A DNA stretch of 64,000 nucleotides from Dictyostelium discoideum (lineage: Eukaryota): the NCBI GenBank assembly GCA_000004695.1, contig CM000155.2, forward strand, positions 576,001 through 640,000. The letters run 5' to 3'. Within the stretch, counting starts at the first letter, position 1. Every line of letters starts with the position of its first letter. Of this stretch, positions 34,017 through 45,819 are shown one piece after another. The notes under the pieces were generated by a model, which ran no database searches, was not told where the DNA came from, and saw only the letters and a list, made by a program, of their open reading frames with translations. A program made the position numbers and the translations under genes.

Positions 34017-34981
34017 TATGAGATGATATCGATCTCCTCTTGGGAGTCGTTTAGCTGCGGTTTGGATGGTGAAGGGTAGATACTCTCTATGAAGCTCTCA
34101 ATGATTCCTTTCCTTTCTTTTTTGACAGGTGTCTTAGGGGTGGATGGGATGTAAGGGTTGCTTCTGTTTATTGTTGGTGAGAGTTGGGTGACTTCATTGT
34201 TTGAGTGGATTTCCTCGTTCTTGCGTTTATGTGATGGAGGGATGTTTAGTGTCTTCTCTCTGTTTTCCGAGGATGAATGGATGTTAGTGCTTGTTTTGTT
34301 GGCATTGTCTTTTTGGATGGCGTTGGATGTTGTGGTAGTGGTTGTGGTGGGTTTGACAGATTGAGATTCTGCTGGGTTTTTGGGGGGAAGAGGTTGAGAT
34401 GACTTTTTTGCTTGGGCTTTTTTCTCTTGTGTTGATTGTTTATCAGACTGATTGTTTGCTGGGTTGTTTGTTTGGGTGTTAGGAGGATCTGTCATCTCAT
34501 CTTCTAATGGTTCCTCCGTGTTGTTTGTCTCTACTTTCTTGTTTTTCTTTTGTGAGGAGTAGGTTTTGGTGGCCGTTCTGATGGTAAAGTTTGCGATTTC
34601 TGTAATGTGTTGGCCAGATTTCATTTGATCGCCTATTTTGCATTCTATTAGACCGAATACTATGAGGTGGTCGGTGGAGTATATAGTATTGTATATTGCA
34701 TAGGGTATTTCTTCTGCAAAGGCAGTTTTGATGAGGGCGTCCACTATTCCTGCCTTTTCTCTGGGAATTCTTACTCTTCCTGTGAGGACGTGGAAGTCTC
34801 TACTGGAGGTGATGAAGGTTCCCAATTTGCTTCTATCTCTAATGATATTTAGGAGAGATTGTTCGTTTTTAATCATCAGGTGGATCATTTTTCTAGTTCC
34901 TTTGCCTATGTATATCTTGTCGATTGGGATATCGTAGTTTGAGAGTGTTTTTCTCATTTCTTCTAACCCCTTGAGATCCAT
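34016..34981 (-). CDS. retrotransposon ORF1 (321 aa)
   Basis: ORF track entry. Its stop codon shares one nucleotide with the ORF2 ATG (TAATG). Confidence 0.65.
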   Translation of the reverse strand: MDLKGLEEMRKTLSNYDIPIDKIYIGKGTRKMIHLMIKNEQSLLNIIRDRSKLGTFITSSRDFHVLTGRVRIPREKAGIVDALIKTAFAEEIPYAIYNTIYSTDHLIVFGLIECKIGDQMKSGQHITEIANFTIRTATKTYSSQKKNKKVETNNTEEPLEDEMTDPPNTQTNNPANNQSDKQSTQEKKAQAKKSSQPLPPKNPAESQSVKPTTTTTTTSNAIQKDNANKTSTNIHSSSENREKTLNIPPSHKRKNEEIHSNNEVTQLSPTINRSNPYIPSTPKTPVKKERKGIIESFIESIYPSPSKPQLNDSQEEIDIIS

Positions 34982-35278
34982 TTTGGGGAATTCGAGTGTA
35001 ATTGGGTAGAATCCGTTGTTCTTCTCCTAGGTTGAGAGCGCAGTCATGTTCAATATGGTCTCGCAGTATTTGGAGATGTCTTTGAGGCCTATTGATAGTT
35101 TGGGGTAGGTCTCCTTTATCTCTGCTGTTTTTGTGGAGAATTCCTTAATGAAGTTCTCCGATGCCTCGTCCATATGGGTGGAGGGGTTGGCCATTTTAGC
35201 CGCGTCTGCGTAGGAATTCATCTCGATGGGATTGCTTTGAATCGCCGATTTGGTAAGCTAGATCTGCAGATCGCGCCG

Positions 35279-35378
35279 NNNNNNNNNNNNNNNNNNNNNN
35301 NNNNNNNNNNNNNNNNNNNNNNNNNNNNNNNNNNNNNNNNNNNNNNNNNNNNNNNNNNNNNNNNNNNNNNNNNNNNNN
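35279..35378. other. assembly gap (100 N)
   Basis: N run. Confidence 0.95.
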
Positions 35379-35443
35379 TTGAAAAAAACAATCACCCACA
35401 ACAATTTTTTTTTTTGAATATTTCATTTTTCAAATAAAAAAGC

Positions 35444-35488
<45 letters not shown>

Positions 35489-35563
35489 GGAACCAAGTTA
35501 ATTAGAAAATTTCCAGATTTTTAACTTTTTAAAGAAAAATAAAAAAGATAGAAAGAAAATAAA

Positions 35564-36898
35564 ATGAAAATCACAAACAACACCACAAATATTAAGCAAC
35601 ACAAATGCCTACAAAAAATAAGCGAAATTGTGGATAAAACTCAATTAAAAAAAAAACAATTCAAATACGTCATAAACATCAATCACGAACCAGACGATAA
35701 AATAAAAAAAGATTTAGAAAAAAGTTTGGACAAAAAAGATGTTTTAATCAAAAGTAATAATACATTCAAAATTCTCACAGACAGTATTAGTACAGTAATC
35801 TATTTTGTAAATATGTTTGATGCAGAATTAAAAGGACAATTTATAACCACTATAAGACCAAAAAATATGTATACAGATTTTGATTGGTATAAATCACTCA
35901 CAGAAATAGAATGGGTAATAGAAAATGAAGGATGTAAACTAATTAAATCAGAAATTAAAGGCGAAACTCTAATTATCAAAACAGTGAAAAGAGTCGTAGA
36001 AGAATTTGACACTATCATTGAACTAGACAATCTAACATTAATTGGACACTCCAACAAAGGATGGAGAGATCAAACCTCATTACCAGAAAATCAAGAAGAA
36101 AACAAAAATAAAAAACAATCAGATGAACAACAACCACAATCTACATCAGAACAAATACCAAAACAAGGAAAAAGAACAATCATTATCCCACCAATCACAT
36201 CCTCATCTAATGATAAAACATTTATGGCCCTAGATGATACAGCTCAAAAGGTAATAGAAGCATCACTAGAAAACGTAGATGAACTAACAAGAATAGAGAA
36301 TGAGATCAATACACAATCGATAAACAATCAAGAAATTAAAACAAAATCAGAAAAACCTATCGAACCACCATCTCCATACAATACACCAATAAAACAACAC
36401 GGCGAAACAAAGGGACTAACAACGGAAGAAAAACTTAGAGAGGCAAATGATATCTTCGACTTCACCAGCCCAAACACTGATGCAATAAGAAAAATAGAAT
36501 TCCCACTTTCAATCCCTTCAAATCAATGGTTCTTCTCCTCTCCAATAAAACATATCATGAGTTTCAGCCCAACCTATGGTACACCATCGAAAATTATCGA
36601 TTCACCAAGTAAATTGTTAAACACACCAAAAAAGAAACAACAAGACAAAACAAACAAGACCAACAAAACACCAGTCAAACCAAAATTGGGTGAATATGGA
36701 CAAAAAAGCATAAAAACAAAAATGGATGAAGATATAGACAACTTCAACAAGGAAATTCTAAAACAAATCAATAAATCAAAAAACCCCACAAACACACAAG
36801 ACCAACAACACAATGAACAAAGTAAAGATCAGTTAGAAGACAAAATAAACCAGAAACTTCAAAAGGTAGATAAAAATCTACCCCAAATAAAACTATAA
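35564..36898 (+). CDS. TRE5-A-like ORF1 protein (444 aa)
   Basis: ORF track entry. The identical N-terminal 63 codons recur at 37297..37485. Confidence 0.6.
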   Translation: MKITNNTTNIKQHKCLQKISEIVDKTQLKKKQFKYVININHEPDDKIKKDLEKSLDKKDVLIKSNNTFKILTDSISTVIYFVNMFDAELKGQFITTIRPKNMYTDFDWYKSLTEIEWVIENEGCKLIKSEIKGETLIIKTVKRVVEEFDTIIELDNLTLIGHSNKGWRDQTSLPENQEENKNKKQSDEQQPQSTSEQIPKQGKRTIIIPPITSSSNDKTFMALDDTAQKVIEASLENVDELTRIENEINTQSINNQEIKTKSEKPIEPPSPYNTPIKQHGETKGLTTEEKLREANDIFDFTSPNTDAIRKIEFPLSIPSNQWFFSSPIKHIMSFSPTYGTPSKIIDSPSKLLNTPKKKQQDKTNKTNKTPVKPKLGEYGQKSIKTKMDEDIDNFNKEILKQINKSKNPTNTQDQQHNEQSKDQLEDKINQKLQKVDKNLPQIKL

Positions 36899-37152
36899 AG
36901 AAAAACACAATAAGAATAGGTGTTTGGAACGTCCAAGGATCCAACACCATCCAATCTGCCAGCATAATAAACACCGTTTTAGACAACAACAAGCTGGACG
37001 CAGCACTTCTAACTGAAACAAATATAAAAACAAATAAAATTTACTCAATAAATCAACAATATAAAAACAAAATAACACACCACGCACCAATTGATAAAAC
37101 AGGACAAGGGGTGTCACAAATCATCATCAACACCCGCAATAGAACTTCCTAA
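36874..37152 (+). pseudogene. truncated ORF2 (N-terminus of AP-endonuclease domain) in the -1 frame relative to ORF1
   Basis: The open frame KKNTIRIGVWNVQGSNTIQSASIINTVLDNNKLDAALLTETNIK... ends at TAA 37150..37152. This is far too short for a full ORF2. Confidence 0.5.
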
Positions 37153-37194
37153 ACATCTCAAAAAATACAATAATTCACTCAGTACTTTCTATAA

Positions 37195-37253
<59 letters not shown>

Positions 37254-37296
37254 CCAGTTTATTCAGAAAAATTAAAAAAGATAGAAAGAAAATAAA

Positions 37297-37497
37297 ATGA
37301 AAATCACAAACAACACCACAAATATTAAGCAACACAAATGCCTACAAAAAATAAGCGAAATTGTGGATAAAACTCAATTAAAAAAAAAACAATTCAAATA
37401 CGTCATAAACATCAATCACGAACCAGACGATAAAATAAAAAAAGATTTAGAAAAAAGTTTGGACAAAAAAGATGTTTTAATCAAAAAGACCCTGTAA
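37297..37497 (+). pseudogene. 5' fragment of a second ORF1 copy (63 codons) fused to 3'-end sequence
   Basis: Identical to 35564..35752, then it diverges into the repeated 3' unit. Confidence 0.6.
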
Positions 37498-37566
37498 AAA
37501 AAAAAAAAAAATAAAATGAGATCTAGCATCTCAAGGAGAAGCAAATAATAATTGCGTTATCCAATT

Positions 37567-37602
<36 letters not shown>

Positions 37603-37735
37603 GAACCAAAAAAAAAAAAAAAAAAAAAGTAAACTAACCCCTCTTTTAGAGACCCTGTAAAAAACTACAAATAAAATGAGATCTAGCATCTCAAGGAGAA
37701 GCAACTAATAATTGCGTTATCCAATTCAAAAAAAG
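37487..37735 (+). repeat. two tandem ~85-bp 3'-end (C-module-like) units, each followed by oligo(A)
   Basis: AGACCCTGTAAAAAA...TAAAATGAGATCTAGCATCTCAAGGAGAAGCAAMTAATAATTGCGTTATCCAATTCAAAAAAA occurs at 37487..37569 and 37649..37735. Confidence 0.5.
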
Positions 37736-37951
37736 GACTTATTATTAATCCCCATTAAAAAAAGACTTTTAATATGAATAAATATTAAAAAAAAAATGAA
37801 AATGATTGGAAATAAGTTTATTATATATTTATTTAAAGAAACAACTATAAAAAATGTTTAATCAGCTTTTTTTTTAAAATCAGTTTATTTGAAATTTATC
37901 AAATAAAAAAATAAAAACTGGAAATTATTGGAAATTAAGTTTTATTTTAAT

Positions 37952-40504
<2,553 letters not shown>

Positions 40505-41176
40505 TATATATATATATATATATTTATTATTATTTTTTTGGATGTGATTTTATTTATTTGTGTGAATATTAAAAATTTGGAATTAATACAATGGAAAAAA
40601 AAAAAAAAATTTTAAACAAAATAAATATTTAAAAAAATGAGAAAAGGTATAATTTAATTAATATTAAAATAAATAATAAAAAAAAAAAAAAAAGGATTAT
40701 TATAATGAGAAAAATTTGTATAAATTATTAAATTATTATTATAAATGGGGTTCACTTTTTTGGTTAATTTTTAATTTTTAATTTTTAATTTTAATTATTT
40801 TTAATTTTGGTTTTAATTTTTTTTTTTAATTTTTTTTAATTTTTTTTAATTTTTTTTATTTTTATTTTTATTTTTATTTTTATTTTTATTTTTATTTTTA
40901 TTTTTATTTTTATTTTTTTTATTCAACTAATTAATTTAATTTAATTTAATTTAGTTTTTTTTTTTTTTTTTTTTTGTTTTATTTTTTTTTTTTTTTTTTT
41001 ATTAGGAAATGATTTAACAATTTAAAAGGAACATGTAATGCAAATAAAAAATAAAAACTAAAATATTTACCCTATTCATATATGAATTGATTCAACTCGT
41101 TAACCCATTACACTATTTTGTGGATTTTTTATTTATTCGAGTTAAAAAAAAATTCTTAAAAAAAAATTTTTTTAAG

Positions 41177-41211
<35 letters not shown>

Positions 41212-41277
41212 TTAATTTTGTTTTTTTTTTTTTATTGCTTACGTAATAAACACAAAAAAAATACATACTATCCTTTT

Positions 41278-41308
<31 letters not shown>

Positions 41309-41343
41309 CTTTTGTTAAACCTTAATTTATATATTAAAGATTG

Positions 41344-42095
41344 TTTTTTTAGAATGGCTGATGATGGTGAATTGGTATGCAAAAATTACTCTCACAATTC
41401 TTTATTTTAAACCCTTTTTTTTCCAACAAATATTTTTTTATAAACTATTAACTTTCAACTTTTTTTAAACAAACAAATAAATAAACAAATAAATATAAAT
41501 ATAAATAAACAAATAAAATTTATAATAAAATTTAAAATAAATATAAATATATATAGCCATTTAGTTATGTAGAAGAGAATACACCAGATGGATTAGAATG
41601 TGTAATTTGTTATTGCCCATTAATTGATCCAGTTGAACATATAACACAAAATTCAACATGTAATTCATCATTTTGTAAACAATGTGTTTGCACATTGAAA
41701 TCTTGTCCCATTTGCAGATTAGAAGTTTCAAATTGGACAAGGGTACAACTTACACCTTCAACACTTCGTTTTATATTTAGACCACTATCAGATATTAAAG
41801 TAACATGTAATGTTTGTAAAAAAGAAACAACAAGAAAAGAAATTAAATCTCATGTTGAATCTTGTGGTATTAGTATGTATTATTCAATTATTTTTTTTTG
41901 TTAATTTATTAAATATTTAATATTAATAATTATATTATATCATATGACACAGAGTTACCAGAAGGACTATACCCAGAATTAGAAGTAAATAAACAACCAC
42001 AACTTCAACAACAACAACAACAACAATCATCAAATACTCTTTCAAACTTTTTTGGAGGAATTTCTGAAAAATTAAAATTCAAAACAAATGATCAA

Positions 42096-42162
<67 letters not shown>

Positions 42163-43497
42163 GAAGTCCAATAGATGATAGAAGGAATACTCCATTACCA
42201 CCACCACAACAACAACCAATTACACCAAACCAACAACAACAACCACAAATACAACAGCATCAACAAATACAGCCACCTCAACAACAGCAACCAATATATA
42301 ACCCTTATCCACCATATCCATATTATCAAACNNNNNNNNNNNNNNNNNNNNNNNNNNNNNNNNNNNNNNNNNNNNNNNNNNNNNNNNNNNNNNNNNNNNN
42401 NNNNNNNNNNNNNNNNNNNNNNNNNNNNNNNTTATCAACCTCCACCAAATCCATATTATTATAAACATCCACCACCAGCACCACATTATGTTCCACCTAA
42501 TCCTTATTATCAAATTCCACAACCCCCACCAGCACCACAACCACCACAACCACCACAACCACCCCAACCACCACAAGCACCTCTACCACCTCAACCACCT
42601 CAACCACCCCAAGCACCTCAACTACCTCAACAACTAATTCCATCACAAAAACAAGAGCATCAAAATATAAGTAGAACGTCAGCTTCAGTAATAGCAGAGG
42701 CAACAGCTGCCTCATCAAATAATCAAAAATTAAACTATCAACCACCACCACCAAGTTATTATCAACATCAACAACAACAACCAAATAATTATCAGCAACA
42801 ACAACAACAACAACAACAATCATCACCATTACCACCACCAAATTATTATTTAAATCCATTATCACAAACTCCAATTGATCCACAAATGGCAAGTACATCA
42901 GCAAATTTAATTGATAGAGAGTTAGAGAATGAACAATTTTATCCACCAATTCAAAGTTTCTCAGCCAATATTTTAGCAAATGGACAAACATTAAGCAATG
43001 TTAATTTTAATAATCAAACCTTGAAGAACATTACCTTTTTAAATAGTACAATATCGGCAAGTCGTTATCAACATACAAGATTCGAAGGTTGTATCTTTCA
43101 AGAATGTAACATCAATAGCAGTTCCTTTATCGAATCTGCATTCATTGATTGTATATTTATGAATTGTAATATCAATGGTTGCGATTTCTCAAAATCAACC
43201 CAAGAGAACTGTTATCATGTCAATAGTGATATCTCCAATTGTAATTTCTTTCAATCCTCTGGTAACAATGTCAAATATGTCGCTGTCACTATGTTAAATA
43301 ATAATTTCGCTCATAGTATTCCTCGTAGTACATTCTGTAGATGCAACCTAACAAATGCTCAATTCTCAAATTGTAATCTCTCAAAAACAAGATTTAAAAT
43401 CTCACAACTCAATTATGCTAATTTTGTCTCTGCTTATTTCGACCTTCCATTAGACCATATCTTTGATCAAAGATCTGAAAGAAAACTTTGTAAATTT

Positions 43498-43503
<6 letters not shown>
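41344..43503 (+). CDS. RING-type + C2HC (TRAF-like) zinc-finger protein with Pro/Gln/Tyr-rich middle and C-terminal pentapeptide-repeat domain; 3 exons: 41344..41364, 41557..41872, 41953..43503 (exon 3 contains assembly gap 42332..42431)
   Basis: Exon 1 MADDGEL ends at the GTATGC donor. Exon 2 encodes LECVICYCPLIDPVEH...CKQCVCTLKSCPICR and CNVCKKETTRKEIKSHVESC. It ends at the ATTA|GTATGT donor (phase 1). Exon 3 follows the acceptor CACAG|AG. Its C-terminus is built from 5-residue repeats (CIFQECNINSSSFIESAFIDCIFMNCNINGCDFSKS...). The frame across the gap cannot be checked. Confidence 0.55.
42332..42431. other. assembly gap (100 N)
   Basis: N run. Confidence 0.95.
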
Positions 43504-43532
<29 letters not shown>

Positions 43533-43860
43533 ATCTTTTTTTTTTCCTTTTCCTTTTCCAAAAAAAAAAAAAAAAAAAAAAACCTTTTTTCCTTTTTCCA
43601 AAAAAAAAAAAAAATTAAAATAAAAAAAAAAAGAAATAAACTTTGCAGGGTCCAGAAAAATAAAAATATATGTTTTGTTTCTTTTTTCCTATATCTTGTT
43701 TTTTGTTTTTTTTTTTATTTTTTTTTAATCCTAATAAAATTAATTGGTCATAGTATATGAAAAATTTTTATTCCTATTATGAAGGATCCAACGTTGTAAT
43801 ATAACATATTTTGGTTTATTTATTAAGTTTTTTGTGTTTTTGTTTAAAAATTTATCTGTT

Positions 43861-43890
<30 letters not shown>

Positions 43891-43896
<6 letters not shown>

Positions 43897-44662
43897 GTCA
43901 ACCTTATGTTCACCTGGGCCACCCTCTAATAATGTATCTTGTTGTGAGATTAGTCTTAGTACTGTCTTTTTACTTGTTTCTTGTAATTCACCAGCCATAA
44001 TTAATTCATCTAAAATATAATATGCCTTGTGAAAATTAAAAATTAGATCTAATTCACAAACCTAAATTGAATTAATGTAAATTTTATTATTATCATTATT
44101 ATTATTATTATTATTATTATTGAATATTTGAGTATTTGAGTATTTGTGGTGTGTATATATTTATACGTAAAAGTTAGTAATCTATAATATAAAAAAGGTA
44201 AAGATAGATAGAGAGAGAATAAAATTATAATTATAAAAATTTACATTTCCAAAGTATCTATCTAAAATTTCTACAAAATGATGAATAATTTCTAAAACGA
44301 TAAGTTCATTATCTTCTCTATCACAACAAACTACAAAATATAAACTTGCATATCTTTTGAAAATGATTTTATATTCTTTCCATTCTAAAAAATTACATAA
44401 TTTGGGTGGTCTATTTAGAACCATATTACCAATTTCTCTTGTAAATCTTGATTTTTCTTTATTTGTGAATGGTGAATACCATTTTGTTAATCTTGTTTTA
44501 CCTTGTCTAGATAATAATAATAAAAAGTGAAATGTCTAAAGAAAAAAAAAAAAAAAATAATAAAAAAATAATAAAATATATACATATATTAATATTTTTA
44601 TTTATTTTGATTATTTTGAATGTGGAGTATATATATATATCAAATATTTTATCCATTACCAT
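43891..44662 (-). CDS. ap1s1: AP-1 clathrin-adaptor sigma subunit; 3 exons: 44660..44662 (ATG only), 44245..44535, 43891..44061
   Basis: The spliced product [98 protein letters not shown]|[42 protein letters not shown]... aligns along its whole length with sigma-1 adaptins ([43 protein letters not shown]...). Donors GTAATG and GTAAAT, acceptors CTTTAG and TTTAG. Confidence 0.75.
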
Positions 44663-44774
44663 TCTTTAAAAATATTTTGGGTGTATAATATTAATATATT
44701 ATATATACAAACTATGGGAAAATAAAAAAAAAAAAAAAAAATGAAAAATTAAAAAATAAAAAACTAAAAAATTG

Positions 44775-44806
<32 letters not shown>

Positions 44807-44918
44807 AATTGACCACCTAACAACCACAACATATTTTCATTTTTTTTATTTTTATTTTAATTTTTTATTTTTAATTTTTATCTTTATATTTCTGATTTGA
44901 TTTATATTATTAATAAAA
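44663..44918. promoter_or_regulatory. ~256-bp divergent (bidirectional) promoter region shared by the AP-1 sigma (minus) and UFM1 (plus) genes
   Basis: Two start codons face away from each other across an AT-rich spacer. Inference from gene layout only. Confidence 0.35.
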
Positions 44919-45509
44919 ATGTTGGTGAATAATATTTTTCAAGATTTATAAAATGTAGTAGATTATTAATTTTTTGCTTTTAAAAATAGGTCCAAAGTCA
45001 CTTTTAAAATCACTTTAACATCAGATCCAAAATTACCATTTAGAGTGTAAATTATTATTATCATTATTATTAATAATATTATTAATATTAATATTAATAT
45101 ACTAATCTTTTTTTTTTTTTTAGAATTAATGTTACAGAAGATACACCATTTACAGCAGTTTTAAGATTTGCATGTGAACAAGTAAGAATAAAGAATTTTT
45201 TAAGATTTTCTTTTTTTTTTTTTTTTCAAGGTTATACTAATTTTTTATTACTATCATATAGTTTAATGTCCCATGGCAAACATCAGCAATTATTACAAAT
45301 GATGGTATTGGAATTAACCCAGCACAAACAAGTGGTAATATATTCCTTAAAAATGGTTCAGATTTAAGAGTAAATATAAACTTCACCCTTTTTATTTATA
45401 TTTTTTTTTTATATTAATAATAACTAATTTTTATTTTATCTTTATTATTATTTTTTTTTTTAAAAAAAAAAAAAAGTTAATTCCAAGAGATAGAGTTGGT
45501 GGTTTATAA
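44919..45509 (+). CDS. ufm1: ubiquitin-fold modifier 1 (UFM1), 5 exons; start codon split by the first intron (AT|G)
   Basis: Exons 44919..44920 (alternatively 44953..44954), 44990..45046, 45124..45181, 45262..45369 and 45477..45509 give [85 protein letters not shown]. This is near-identical in length and sequence to human UFM1 ([83 protein letters not shown]). Internal donors are GTAAAT/GTAAGA. The first donor is either GTTGGT (69-nt intron) or GTAGTA (35-nt intron). Confidence 0.8.
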
Positions 45510-45819
45510 ATAATAAAAAAATATAAAATAAAAAAATAAAATAAAAAAATCTGTAAAAAGTAAATTTAAATAATAAAGAAAAGAAAAGAAAAGAAAAGAA
45601 AAGAAAATAGTTATTTTAATCTCATCATGATTTTAAAAGATAACCATTATTTGGTTGTTAATAATTTAAAAATATTAAATAATTATTAAAATTCAAATTC
45701 CAATTTAATTATTAAAAAAATATTAATAATAATAATAATATACTAAAAAAATAATAATAAAGAAAAATGTTGATAAATATTTATTTTTTAAATTTTTATT
45801 ATTATTTATTATAATTATT

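Larger units (their letters stand above)
30201..35278 (-). mobile_element. second TRE3-like non-LTR retrotransposon, a different subfamily from the first; 3' oligo(A) at 30201..30220; 5' UTR runs into the assembly gap at 35279
   Basis: ORF1 (321 aa) and a single uninterrupted ORF2 (1230 aa) with APE, RT and the same C-terminal HARCLPINYLHNKQCPLCKEDMSKDPYGHLFFSCKKT motif. ORF2 is about 30% identical to element 1 over its N-terminus. The plus-strand (T)20 marks the tail. GC content is clearly above the local background. Confidence 0.7.
35379..37740 (+). mobile_element. array of TRE5-A-like non-LTR retrotransposon copies and fragments: an internally deleted copy (ORF1 + start of ORF2 + oligo(A)) followed by a 5' fragment fused to tandem 3'-end units
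   Basis: ORF1 (444 aa, ~51 kDa as described for TRE5-A ORF1). An overlapping -1 frame opens with an APE-like IRIGVWNVQGSNTIQSAS...LDAALLTETN but stops after 84 codons. (A)53 at 37198..37250. A second copy of the 5' UTR plus the first 63 ORF1 codons at 37253..37484 is joined to two ~85-bp units, each followed by oligo(A). Confidence 0.55.

Noticed and set aside
35174-35437. ORFs spanning the N run (35174..35437 +, 35196..35426 -), and the X-containing parts of other ORFs across gaps
   Set aside because: Translation through 100 Ns is meaningless. The gap length and phase are unknown.
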